Shown here: positions 1 to 9,299 of the stretch, in pieces | Position numbering within the stretch: position 1 is the first letter of the stretch | How the letters are laid out: every line of letters starts with the position of its first letter | IMG/VR virus record: IMGVR_UViG_2843857367_000001 | Span: 24,782-88,781 of that record | Strand: one strand, 5' to 3' | Source: a virus | Lineage: Duplodnaviria; Caudoviricetes | DNA length: 64,000 bases | Notes under the pieces: model-generated | Database searches by the model: none | Told to the model about the DNA's origin: nothing | What the model saw: only the letters and a program-made list of their open reading frames with translations | Program-made: the position numbers and the translations under genes

Positions 1-836
1 AAACTCTTGAGCGCGGCGGCGAAACGACTGACGCCTCGCGTCTGGCCGGCCCGTTCCGGCTCGAAGCAATGGAACACCTGCGGCCGGCCCCATTCGGTCC
101 AGCGCTCGAACCTCTGCCAGCGGAACTGGCCGGGACCGCCGAAGTCCGACGGATGCCGTTCGCGGATATGATAGGCGTCGGCCGCGCCCCAGGCGTCGAA
201 CTCGACGCCGCCGCGCAGCTCGTCCCGATCCGGTCGACCGTTCGGATTACTCAGCCGATCAGGATCGACCAGACGAAGACGCGTCTTGTACCGGGTCGCC
301 TCGTCTTCCGCCCATTCGCCCAGCCCGAGCGCCTCGCCGTCGACCACGATATGCGACGCCGCCAGTCGGAGCTGCTGGCCCCAGGTCAGCTTGCGCTCAG
401 CGTCGGACGTAAAGGCGTGGCCGTAGCCGTAAAGCTGGAACTCTGTGCTCAGATCGGCGCCGAGCTGCCGCGCCGCCTCTCTGTCGATGCCGAGGGCGCG
501 GGCGTTCGGCCTGAACTTGACCCGCCAGCCCTTGCCGACGGCCGCATTGACGCGACGGGACCGCGCCGAGGCGGCGACGGGATCGTTGCGCACCCGCTCC
601 CGCACGCGGGCGGTGACGCGATCGCGGTTCGGAAGCCAAAGCTTGTCCGCCGAGCCGAGTTGAGCAGGCCATTCGGCGAAGTAGGTGCCATGGCCGCTCG
701 CCCCCTCATAGGACGGCGTTCCGCCCATGGCGGCCGTATCCGTCATCGCCACGGCGCGCGCGCGGGCGACCTCCAGACGAGAGATCGACCGGCCCGAGGC
801 GGACACCAGACCTGAGGGAGCGAACGGCGTGCGCAT
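1..836 (-). CDS. Phage portal protein, lambda family (5' part; truncated by window edge)
   Basis: Not in ORF track; manual translation MRTPFAPSGL...ARVRERVRNDPVA...VVDGEALG...RLRLVDPDRLSNP...LRGGVEFDAWGAADAYHI; lies downstream of terminase and gpW. Confidence 0.85.
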   Translation of the reverse strand, partial: MRTPFAPSGLVSASGRSISRLEVARARAVAMTDTAAMGGTPSYEGASGHGTYFAEWPAQLGSADKLWLPNRDRVTARVRERVRNDPVAASARSRRVNAAVGKGWRVKFRPNARALGIDREAARQLGADLSTEFQLYGYGHAFTSDAERKLTWGQQLRLAASHIVVDGEALGLGEWAEDEATRYKTRLRLVDPDRLSNPNGRPDRDELRGGVEFDAWGAADAYHIRERHPSDFGGPGQFRWQRFERWTEWGRPQVFHCFEPERAGQTRGVSRFAAALKS

Positions 837-844
837 GGCGCGAC

Positions 845-1369
845 TCAGTCCTTGGCCTGCGCAGTTGCGCGGGCTTCCAGCACAGCAAGTCGCGACTTGA
901 GCGACGCCAGCTCTTCGGCGCTGGCGGTGCCCGCCTCATCAAAGGCGGCGAAGCGCGCCTTCAGAGCCTCGTCCAGGCCTTCGAAGCGCTCATCAATGCC
1001 GGCAAGCGCCGTCTTGAGGGCCTCATCACGGGTTTCGCCAGCCTTCTCCAGACCGCCGAAGCGCTCATCGATCAACGAAGCGAACTTATCGAACCGTTCG
1101 CCGATCCACGCGTCATCGTAAGCGTCCGATCCGGTAACAGCCACGGGCTCAAACGGTGCGCTCAGGGCCTCGTTGAACTGTCGCCGGGCGTTCAGGACGC
1201 CTTCTACTAGCGTGTCAGGCACGGGGCGGCTGGGAAAGCTCACCAGGGCCCGCATCGCGTCCAGCAGGACGATCAATGCGGCCACGGCGGGCACGTTCGA
1301 CAAGGAAACGCTCGCGACGACGGTTTCTGACGCCGGCGCGGCGGCGGGCGACTTGGGGGTTCGGCTCAT
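845..1369 (-). CDS. Hypothetical coiled-coil protein
   Basis: GAGGAGG RBS; repeated IDERFxGL motif. Confidence 0.7.
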   Translation of the reverse strand: MSRTPKSPAAAPASETVVASVSLSNVPAVAALIVLLDAMRALVSFPSRPVPDTLVEGVLNARRQFNEALSAPFEPVAVTGSDAYDDAWIGERFDKFASLIDERFGGLEKAGETRDEALKTALAGIDERFEGLDEALKARFAAFDEAGTASAEELASLKSRLAVLEARATAQAKD

Positions 1370-1498
1370 GACGGCCTCCTCGATGTGATGAAATCCGGGT
1401 GCGAAGGCGGCGCCGCCCCGACGTCGGCAGTCGGGGACCGCCGGCGGCCGAGAGCCTCCCCGAACCCGGGGCGGGAGGCCGGTTGACGGCGTAGATCG

Positions 1499-1729
1499 TT
1501 AAAGGCGGATGCTCAGTGCGCCTCGACGGCGCAGCGGTGCCCCGTCCAGTTGCAGGGCCTTGGCCTCGAGATTGGCGATCTCGCTTTCGAGGCGTCCGAT
1601 ATCGCCTTTGGCGTACTTCACCGTTCGGCCGTTGCTGGTGATCTCGGCCACCTGGCCGCCCGCGATGATCTTGGCGTAGGCCGCGCGGAAGGCGGCCAGT
1701 TGGGCGGTCTCTGCGGGCGTCAGCGCCAT
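1499..1729 (-). CDS. gpW-like head-tail joining protein
   Basis: MALTPAE...GGQVAEITSNGRTVKYAKGDIGRLESEIANLE; start overlaps terminase stop. Confidence 0.8.
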   Translation of the reverse strand: MALTPAETAQLAAFRAAYAKIIAGGQVAEITSNGRTVKYAKGDIGRLESEIANLEAKALQLDGAPLRRRGALSIRL

Positions 1730-3840
1730 TAGAAGCTCCATTTCTTCTTGGCCGCTGCGACCTCGGCCGAGCTGGCGGCGGGCGCGGACGGCGTTTCCGA
1801 CTGACCGGCTGGCGGGCGTTCCCACAGAGCCTCCAGACCTGTCTTCTCAGCCTGACGACGACGCGCCAGTTCGAGCCAGTCCGGCTCGGCCCCGGGAACG
1901 CCGATGCCCAGAGAAGCGGCCAGCGCGCGGTTGTAGACCCACAGGTCCAGCTCCTCGTTGCGGCGGCGGACGCGGACCCAGGCCTCATCCTTCACAACGC
2001 CCGTCTTGCTGTCCTGGACAGAGACCAGAGCCTCGCCGGTAAGCTCCTCGAAGAAGTCCCGCTCGACCCAACCCGGCCAATGAGGACGACGCGGCGCGCG
2101 GGCGCCCTTCTCCCCTTCCAGGCTCAGCGGTATCGCCTCGTTCATCAGCGTCCGCTTCAGATCCCAGGTGCCGACGCGCCAGGTCCGGCACGAAACCACT
2201 CGTCCCTCAGGCCCTTCCAGCTTCTGTTTCGCGCCTCGGCGAAGCGGCATCCGCCCCCAACCGTCAGCGCCGTCCAACGCCTTCGATTTTCCGTGCGTCG
2301 AGCAGTAGGCGTAAACGTGGAAAGTCCCGTAGCCAGAATCGACGCCCTGAACTTCGGTGGCGACGTAGCCGCCGTCCTCATGCGGCCAACGTCTGCGCTC
2401 CAGCTCGGCCAGCTCGGCCCAGATCTGCGGCTCCGACGGGCCGCCCTCGATCCGCCCCTTGTCGATGGGGACGTGCTCGGCCTCGGGCCCCCAAGCATAG
2501 GCCGTCCACTGGGCCCAGTCGCCATTCAGGTCGACGGCGATGGTGACGATCTCGTAGCCCGACGGCACCACGCCCTTGGTGAACCGGCCATCCCGACGCT
2601 CCAACAGCTTGTCGACATCGGCCTGCTGGACGGTGACCTCGTAAGCCTCGCCGAAGATCTGCTGATGCAGGGCGATCTTCGCCTCTTCGTCCTTCGCATC
2701 CCTGATCTGTTCGGCGATGTAGGCCCAATCCACGGCGTCCGATACGACCTGCCAGGCATGGTAGCTGGGCTGCCTCCCCTCCGTCGGCCGTTCCCGCCAC
2801 GCCTCGTATTCGCTGACGGCGATGAAGGCGCCCGGCGCCGGATTCTGAGGATCCGTCGATGGGAAAGTCGGTATCCAGCCGCCGCGCACGCCGTGCGCGG
2901 GCTCACGGTAGGGGTGACAGGCCTCAACCATCGCGCGCTTGTGCCGATGCTCGATCACGCCGCCGCATGACGGGCAGTTGAAGTGGGGCGTTTCGCCCTT
3001 CTCCACGCCCATCATCATCTCGCGATCCAGACGGATCAGCACTCCGCTGGGCAGGTCCGAGCAATGGGGACAGGGCAGGTACAGGCGGCGCTGGTCGCCT
3101 AGCCGATAATCGGCTGTCACCGGGCAGCCGGTCAGTTCGCCTTCGTTCTCCTCCGAACGGCGCACGAGCCCGGGCGTCGAGTTGTGAAAGGTCTTGGCGC
3201 CGGCCAATTCCCACTGCAGCTGGCGGACCTTGATCTGCTTGTGCGGGTCGCCGCGATCTCCGACCGACACGCTCCAGTTCGGCGTCTCTTCCTTCACCAC
3301 CAGGCAGAAGGTGACCATCTGCAGCGGCTTGGCGCTGGTCGTGCCGAAGAACTGTCCGTACCCGCCCGGGAATCGTTTGTAGGTGTTGGTCGAGCCCTGC
3401 TCGTCCCGCGATGTCACCGCCCGGATCTTGCGGCGCAGCTCGGGCGTGGCGTCGACAAGCGGTTGCCACTTGGTCCGGTTGTACTTCAGCGCCTCGTCGC
3501 CGCTCGGCAGGGCGACGCCCCACGGGCGAGCCACCACGGCCGAGTAGTAGAGCGTGGCCAGCACGCCGATCGTCGTCTTCGCGATCTGGGCGGAGCCGAC
3601 GAAGGTGACCGTCCTGGCCGGATCATCGGGGTGAAGCCGGTCCAGCGGCTCGATCAGGTACTCGAACCCGTCCCAGGACAACTCGCCTTCGCGCGTCGTT
3701 CCCGTTTCGCCGGGGATGTTGACCCGCCCTTCCGCCCAGGCGCTGATCATCTGATCGGGGGCAGGCGTCACGGCCGTCGCCATGGCCATGACCAACGACG
3801 CCGCCTGCCGCGCCAGCTCGGCGCTGCTGAACAGGTTCAT
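1729..3840 (-). CDS. Terminase large subunit, lambda gpA family
   Basis: SAQIAKT Walker A variant, STP motif, GDQRRLYLPCPHC, VDSG, NEELDLWVY. Confidence 0.92.
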   Translation of the reverse strand: MNLFSSAELARQAASLVMAMATAVTPAPDQMISAWAEGRVNIPGETGTTREGELSWDGFEYLIEPLDRLHPDDPARTVTFVGSAQIAKTTIGVLATLYYSAVVARPWGVALPSGDEALKYNRTKWQPLVDATPELRRKIRAVTSRDEQGSTNTYKRFPGGYGQFFGTTSAKPLQMVTFCLVVKEETPNWSVSVGDRGDPHKQIKVRQLQWELAGAKTFHNSTPGLVRRSEENEGELTGCPVTADYRLGDQRRLYLPCPHCSDLPSGVLIRLDREMMMGVEKGETPHFNCPSCGGVIEHRHKRAMVEACHPYREPAHGVRGGWIPTFPSTDPQNPAPGAFIAVSEYEAWRERPTEGRQPSYHAWQVVSDAVDWAYIAEQIRDAKDEEAKIALHQQIFGEAYEVTVQQADVDKLLERRDGRFTKGVVPSGYEIVTIAVDLNGDWAQWTAYAWGPEAEHVPIDKGRIEGGPSEPQIWAELAELERRRWPHEDGGYVATEVQGVDSGYGTFHVYAYCSTHGKSKALDGADGWGRMPLRRGAKQKLEGPEGRVVSCRTWRVGTWDLKRTLMNEAIPLSLEGEKGARAPRRPHWPGWVERDFFEELTGEALVSVQDSKTGVVKDEAWVRVRRRNEELDLWVYNRALAASLGIGVPGAEPDWLELARRRQAEKTGLEALWERPPAGQSETPSAPAASSAEVAAAKKKWSF

Positions 3841-3841
3841 G

Positions 3842-4417
3842 TCAGGCCGCCGCCAGCTCGTCTTCCGTGAAGCCGCCCGCCAGCTTGGTCAGCTCGACCA
3901 CAAGATTGTTCAGCAGCTTCTGGTCCGCCTGTTTCAACACATGCTCGGCCTGGCGGACGTCGTTCATGCCGGCCACCTCAGTGGCCAGGGTGCGCCGACG
4001 GCGCTCCAGAGCCTGGGTGAAGGCGACGCCCATGGCCTCGATCGCCATCGTCACCGCCGCCTTCGACAGAAGCTCGCCCTTCCGCTCAGCCAGGTCGAGT
4101 TCGAGCTTTTCCTCTTCCAGCGCGCGCTTCCGAGATCCCGCCGGGGCCGCAGGCGCCGCCGACGGCGCTTCCGCCACCTGGCGGCTGTCCTGGACCGAGA
4201 GGGATTCGCCGCGCGCGCGGATCAGGGCGTCGTAGTCGACCTCCTTGACGCGCCCTTGGGGGTCGCGCCGGACAGGCAGGTCCTCATTCCGCGCGATGAA
4301 GCGGGAGATCGAGGATTTGTTGATCGGTCGCCCGGCTTTGGCTTCCAGCGCCGCCGCCTCGCTGACGCTGACCCAGCGCCGTGACGATCCACCATCGAGC
4401 AGGAAGGGCTCTGTCAT
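3842..4417 (-). CDS. Terminase small subunit (Nu1-like)
   Basis: N-terminal HTH, LELDLAERKGELL motif, directly upstream of TerL. Confidence 0.75.
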   Translation of the reverse strand: MTEPFLLDGGSSRRWVSVSEAAALEAKAGRPINKSSISRFIARNEDLPVRRDPQGRVKEVDYDALIRARGESLSVQDSRQVAEAPSAAPAAPAGSRKRALEEEKLELDLAERKGELLSKAAVTMAIEAMGVAFTQALERRRRTLATEVAGMNDVRQAEHVLKQADQKLLNNLVVELTKLAGGFTEDELAAA

Positions 4418-4418
4418 G

Positions 4419-4533
4419 CCGTTGCGCTCCCTGTTGCGTCAGCAACGCCCGTTGCACCCCTCGAAACATCGCTCACTAGGGAACGAAAACGCTCTGCTCC
4501 ACCGCATAGGGTCAGAAATGGGGGGAAGGACCC
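4419..4533 (-). other. Putative cos packaging site of prophage 1
   Basis: GGGTCCT (lambda cosQ sequence) at 4533-4527, 23 nt before GGTGGAGCAGAG; GTTGC/GCAAC repeats next to terS. Confidence 0.55.
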
Positions 4534-4574
4534 AAGGCCCGCCTAGCCGCGACGCAAGTCATTGAAAGGCAATG

Positions 4575-4606
4575 AAAAACCCGCCCGGGCGGAGCCTTGG
4601 GCGGGT
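4575..4606 (-). terminator. Intrinsic terminator between the NusG-like gene and the late operon
   Basis: ACCCGCCC/GGGCGGGT stem followed by a T-run on the minus strand. Confidence 0.7.
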
Positions 4607-4648
4607 GGGTCGGAACGGGCTGAGGCTGGACGGCTACCGCACTGCGCG

Positions 4649-5221
4649 TCATTCGTCTGACGGCAGTGCAATGATCTGGCGCGAATCACGCCCTAGCAGG
4701 GTGAATACGACTGCCGCTCTGTCGCCGTCAACCATCTCTTCGAAGACGAGATCGTAGTCGGCAGTCGGGCCAGCGAGGCGCAGTTTGTCGCCGCGCTTGT
4801 ATCGGCAGGCCTTCGGAGCGGCCTTTTCGTTGTCGTTACGAGGACGCTGCAACACCACCAGCCCATTGACCTCGCGGGCCTTCATCTCGGTGATGAAGCG
4901 GCTGGGGATGGGACAGGGCCGAGCCGTCTCACCGACGCCGCGCGTGATCACCTCCGTCACGCCCATGGTCGAGTAGACCGCACGCCAACGGTCCTGGTCG
5001 AGATCCATCTCGATGAACAGGTAGCGCGGGATCATCGGTCGAGGCGAAGGCGCCACGCCGTTCCGAACGCGGGCCCGGGCCGGAGGCGGCACCAACGGCA
5101 GATAGACGTTGAAGCCCTGCTGCTCCAGCTGATACCGGGCGTGCCGTTCCTGATGGGCGTGGGTCACCACGACATACCAGGCCTTGCCGGTTTGGGCGGA
5201 TAGAGCGGTCGACGCGGTCAC
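4649..5221 (-). CDS. NusG/RfaH-family transcription antiterminator
   Basis: WYVVVTHAHQE, PMIPRYLFI, VYSTMGVTEVI, C-terminal KOW-like GDKLRLAGP...FTLLGR; GTG start inferred. Confidence 0.85.
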   Translation of the reverse strand: MTASTALSAQTGKAWYVVVTHAHQERHARYQLEQQGFNVYLPLVPPPARARVRNGVAPSPRPMIPRYLFIEMDLDQDRWRAVYSTMGVTEVITRGVGETARPCPIPSRFITEMKAREVNGLVVLQRPRNDNEKAAPKACRYKRGDKLRLAGPTADYDLVFEEMVDGDRAAVVFTLLGRDSRQIIALPSDE

Positions 5222-5249
5222 TTCTGCGGCCCCTTCGCTTTGGTTTCGG

Positions 5250-5496
5250 GCGTCCCACGGCGTACCGGCTGAACGTCCCACTTATCTTTTTGAGAACACT
5301 CGATAAAAACAGAGACGGGACGCGCGGGACGCATGGGACGCACCTGTGGCGTCGTGCGCTCCCGCATGTGCGCCCCCGCATGGGGCCGAGGTCGCGTCCC
5401 ATGCGTCCCGGTGTCCCATGCCCGGCTCAAAGCCCGATCAGTCATGGCTTTCACCGTGGGACGCAGGGCGGGACGCGCGGTCGCCTGGGGCGTCCC
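5250..5496. repeat. Iteron-like GGGACGC/GCGTCCC cluster (putative origin)
   Basis: About 10 exact or near copies in both orientations around an AT-rich tract at 5281-5312. Confidence 0.7.
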
Positions 5497-7297
5497 AAAC
5501 AGGCGCTTCGAACGGCGTCACCTCCGCCGGATCAGCCCCCAATCCGACCGGCCTCTCTAGCCAGGGGGTCAGGGGGACGGCCAAGGCGCGGCTCTGGTGC
5601 ATCCCGAACCGCACAGGCGTCGGCAGCGGTCGCGGCGCATAGGCCTCGCCCAGGTCGGCCAGGTGCTCCAGAACCCCGCGCCAGTTGGCGAAATGCGTTC
5701 CCGCCAAGGCCCTCGCGAGCGCCGGGTGGTTGGTCGAAATCAGCAGCCATGGCCCCGGCCGCTCATGGGCGCCGTGCCCATTCTCGATCTTCAGGCCGAA
5801 GGTCTTCAGGACCTTCTCGTGGAAGCCCGGGCTTTCCAGCTGCTCCTGGATCATCTCGCCGATGGTCAGGTGGCGATCCTTGGAATGCTGGCCCGAGTTG
5901 ATGGCCCATATCCGCGACAGACACGCCTGCCCCGGGTTCTGCGCGGCCGAGGTCTCTTCCCGGTTTCGGATCAGAGCCGACCACCTGGCCGCCTCTTCCC
6001 GGGCCGTCTCGATCGTCAGCGCCTCATCGTGCAGCAGCAGCCTTCGCCCGGCGGCCAGCGCGGCCACCAGATCGGCCGCCCGGGGCGTCTGCCCGCTCTC
6101 CCCCAGCGCCGCCTTCAGCAAGCTGACGTCCGCCCGGTATCGCTTGGCCTCGCGCACGGCGCGCGACAGCAGGCGCGGCGAGATCTCCCGCGCCCAATCA
6201 ATCGCCTCCTTCAGCTTTTCGTCGGCACCGCCCTTGGCCTTGCCCAACAGCCTCAACCGCACCTCGACCACCCGCGTGGCCATGGCGTCGCCCAGCTGCA
6301 CCGGCAGAATGCTGGCCAGATAGGCTGAACCCACGGCGGTCTGCCCCGCCGTCCGGCCGCCCGTGTCGCCCTGTCGCCGGGTCGACCCCTCGCCGGTAGA
6401 CATGCGGCGAAGCACCTCCAGCGCCTTCTCGACGGGGCCCTGCCCGTCCACGCTGGGCTCCGCCTCGTCCAGGTAGAGCGCCCGCGCCTCGCCCGACAGG
6501 CCGTTCCGCAGTCCCGCTTCCGAGAAGCTGTCCAACAGGTCGCCGGCGTTCGCGCTGCCCGCCGCCTGCAGCAGGCGTGACAGCGTCGTCTTGCCCGCCC
6601 CGGCCCCGCCGCTGACGCTGGCGTGCGGCCTGAACGGCGGAATGGCGCCCAACAGCGCCGTCCCCTGCCATCCGAACAGGGCGTCGGCCTCGCTCAATCC
6701 CTCGGGGTCGCGAGGGTCCAGCGGGGCGAAGTTCCACAGGTTCATCAACTCGCGCAGCTTCTCGCCCTCGGCGATCGTCGCGGGCTTTCCCGTCCTGGGG
6801 GCCGGGGGGCGCAGCAGCCACAGCGGCCCCCGCGTCCTCGCCCCGTTCCTCAACGCCTCAGCCACCGATTCCCAATCGTCATCGCCGAACGGCCACCGGC
6901 CGACCGCGTCGCCGGCATGGACGACAGGTCCGTCGAGGGTCGACCACACCCCGTATCCCCGCTGCGGGCGGTCGCTGTCCCATCGCCCGGCCTTGCGGCA
7001 TTGGTCGACAAACCACTGCGCCGCCATGTCGCGCTGCAGCTTGCCGTCATTGTCCCGCCATTGGGCCAGGAACACCCGCCCTTCCAGGCTGACGAAAAGG
7101 TCCGTCTTCAGCATGCCGGCGATCTTGGACGCCGGCTCCCGCCGCAGTTCCCCTTCCGGCAAGGCGAAATGGACATAGCCGCCCTCGAAGCCCAGCGGAA
7201 TCACCGGGCAGTCCTCGACCTTCGGCTCTATCCAGACCGCGCCTGACTTGCCCTCGCTGTCCGGTTCGGCGTCTTCCAGCACATAGGAATCGGTCAT
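5438..7297 (-). CDS. P-loop NTPase, putative replicative helicase
   Basis: GGAGAGKT Walker A and LYLDEAE Walker B; start MTDSYVLED coupled to the primase stop. Confidence 0.8.
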   Translation of the reverse strand: MTDSYVLEDAEPDSEGKSGAVWIEPKVEDCPVIPLGFEGGYVHFALPEGELRREPASKIAGMLKTDLFVSLEGRVFLAQWRDNDGKLQRDMAAQWFVDQCRKAGRWDSDRPQRGYGVWSTLDGPVVHAGDAVGRWPFGDDDWESVAEALRNGARTRGPLWLLRPPAPRTGKPATIAEGEKLRELMNLWNFAPLDPRDPEGLSEADALFGWQGTALLGAIPPFRPHASVSGGAGAGKTTLSRLLQAAGSANAGDLLDSFSEAGLRNGLSGEARALYLDEAEPSVDGQGPVEKALEVLRRMSTGEGSTRRQGDTGGRTAGQTAVGSAYLASILPVQLGDAMATRVVEVRLRLLGKAKGGADEKLKEAIDWAREISPRLLSRAVREAKRYRADVSLLKAALGESGQTPRAADLVAALAAGRRLLLHDEALTIETAREEAARWSALIRNREETSAAQNPGQACLSRIWAINSGQHSKDRHLTIGEMIQEQLESPGFHEKVLKTFGLKIENGHGAHERPGPWLLISTNHPALARALAGTHFANWRGVLEHLADLGEAYAPRPLPTPVRFGMHQSRALAVPLTPWLERPVGLGADPAEVTPFEAPVWDAPGDRASRPASHGESHD

Positions 7298-8601
7298 GCG
7301 GCTACGCCCCCGGGTACGCTCGCGGCGGCCTCGGCCGCCTTGATCACTTGGTTGAAATCCATGCCGATCGGCGGGCGCGACACGCGCACCTGCGTCGGGC
7401 TTTCGTCGCTCAGGCGGCGGCTCCAGCTGGCGCGGGCCAGGGCCCCGCTGACGCGCGCCCGCTCGGCGCTGTCGCGGACCGCCTCGACCATCCGCTTCTG
7501 TTGGCGGCCGCTGCGGCCCTTGACCGTCACCGGGCTCATGTCGCCGTCGACGGCGATGTCGATCACGCCCCACGGGTTCGCCGGATCTTCCGGCCAGGTG
7601 AACCCGGGCCTCAGAGGATCGGCCCGGATGCGCCAGATATCCCGCGCCCCGTCCTTGTCGATCGCCTCGAACCCGCTCAGGCGGTCCAGCGACCCCGCCG
7701 CCACGGCGCGCACTGACCGGCTCAGCGGCCCGGCCAGCATCATGGCCCGCGACGCGGCGTTCTCGACGCCCTCCGCCACGACCAGGGGGCCCGGGGCGTC
7801 CGGCCGCGTCAGCCACAGCCCGCCGGGCAGCACATAGCCCTCGATGTCGCCGTGCCTGTCCGGCCGAGGCGGGCCCGCCAGTCCGTCGCGGCGCGCCAGC
7901 ACGAAATGTCCCTGCGGGCCCAGCATCCGCTTCGACGGCGACCGATGGGTCTTTCCGCGCCCGTTGGGGGCCAGATAGGTGCAATGCACGCCGCCGGTCG
8001 GGCCCAGCTCGGTCATGACCAGGATGACCATCGCCGGCAGGAAGACGCCCCGCTCTGGGTGACCGCTATGCCAGGTCCGGGGATTGAACCCGACCAGCGC
8101 CAGCATCCGCGCCGCGACCGGCCCTCGGATGCCCCGCCCCTCTTCCAGATAGACCTGCACCAGCGATCCTGCGGCGGGCTCGCGCTCGCGCCAGATCTTG
8201 CGCGCCATCTCCAACCGCCATGCGGCGTCGGCCAGGGCCTCGGCCTCCGCCTCCTTCGCCGCCTGCGCACGCCGTGCGCGCGACGCCTCGCTCTCGGGCT
8301 TCAGCTCCCCGCCCAGCAGGCGACGCGCCGCGTCGGCCATGGTCTCATCGCCGCCCGAGAACAGCCGATGCTCCAGATCGATCACATCGCCGCCGCGCGC
8401 GTCGCAGGAATAGCACTTCCAACGTCGCCCATCGGCCGACACGCGGAACGGCGCCAACTTGCTCTTGGCCCCGCATTCATTCAGCGGACAGACGCCCCGA
8501 TAGCCCTTGCCGGTCTTGCGCAGCTTGCACTTGGGCGCCCGGATCGCGATGTCCTCGCACCGGACCGCCGCTCGCGCCCGGTCGAACAGCTCGTCGCTCA
8601 T
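7294..8601 (-). CDS. DNA primase (CHC2-like zinc finger plus TOPRIM)
   Basis: GVCPLNEC...WKCYSC, GVHCTYL, LVVAEGVENA, DFNQ. Confidence 0.85.
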   Translation of the reverse strand: MSDELFDRARAAVRCEDIAIRAPKCKLRKTGKGYRGVCPLNECGAKSKLAPFRVSADGRRWKCYSCDARGGDVIDLEHRLFSGGDETMADAARRLLGGELKPESEASRARRAQAAKEAEAEALADAAWRLEMARKIWREREPAAGSLVQVYLEEGRGIRGPVAARMLALVGFNPRTWHSGHPERGVFLPAMVILVMTELGPTGGVHCTYLAPNGRGKTHRSPSKRMLGPQGHFVLARRDGLAGPPRPDRHGDIEGYVLPGGLWLTRPDAPGPLVVAEGVENAASRAMMLAGPLSRSVRAVAAGSLDRLSGFEAIDKDGARDIWRIRADPLRPGFTWPEDPANPWGVIDIAVDGDMSPVTVKGRSGRQQKRMVEAVRDSAERARVSGALARASWSRRLSDESPTQVRVSRPPIGMDFNQVIKAAEAAASVPGGVAA

Positions 8602-9299
8602 GCCCGCACCTCTGACAGGCCCTCTGCGGCTCTGACCGCCGTCTCGATCCGGGCGCAGGCGGTATCGAAATGCTTCGGATCGATCTCGACCCCGGTGAAC
8701 CTCAGGCCGCGCTTGATCGCCGCCACCCCGGTCGAGCCGCTGCCCATGAACGGGTCGCACACGGCCTCCGCGTTGATGGTGGCCAGCACCTTGTCCATGA
8801 CCGGCTCGGGCTTGACCGTCGGATGATCGACGCCGGTGAAGCGACCGCTTTCGCTCAGGATCCAGCGCGCCTTGTCGGCCAGCGACCCGATCGGATGGGC
8901 GCCCGCCAGCCAGGCGTGAACCCAGAACTCCGTGTCCGGCCGATAGTGCTTGTTCGCCACCGGCATGGGGTTCGTCTTGTGCCAGGCGCAGACGACAGTC
9001 CGGTGGAACCGCGCCGCCAGACGCGGCAGCAGCTGCGGCAGCTGGTCGTTGTGACAGAACACCGCCACCGACCGGAACATCGCCGGCGAACAGATCCGAT
9101 CGTCAAATCCCTGATCCAGCCCCGCCGCCGCGATCCGGTCCATGTTCGGCCGGGCCTTGCGGAACCTGCCCGCCCCTCGCGTGTCGAACGCATACGGCGG
9201 ATCGAACACCCCCGCGTCCTGGGGTCCCAGGGACCGCACCACCTCATACCCGTCGCCCAGGTACAGCGTCGCCGGGCCGATGACCTCGACCCGGCTCAT
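8598..9299 (-). CDS. Orphan N6-adenine/N4-cytosine DNA methyltransferase
   Basis: DPPY, HPTVKP and DPFMGSGSTG motifs. Confidence 0.9.
   Translation of the reverse strand: MSRVEVIGPATLYLGDGYEVVRSLGPQDAGVFDPPYAFDTRGAGRFRKARPNMDRIAAAGLDQGFDDRICSPAMFRSVAVFCHNDQLPQLLPRLAARFHRTVVCAWHKTNPMPVANKHYRPDTEFWVHAWLAGAHPIGSLADKARWILSESGRFTGVDHPTVKPEPVMDKVLATINAEAVCDPFMGSGSTGVAAIKRGLRFTGVEIDPKHFDTACARIETAVRAAEGLSEVRA

Noticed and set aside
69-815. 248-aa plus-strand ORF
   Set aside because: Antisense shadow of the portal gene on the minus strand
5438-7984. 848-aa version of the helicase ORF
   Set aside because: The N-terminal ~230 aa overlap the primase in another frame; the coupled start is at 7297
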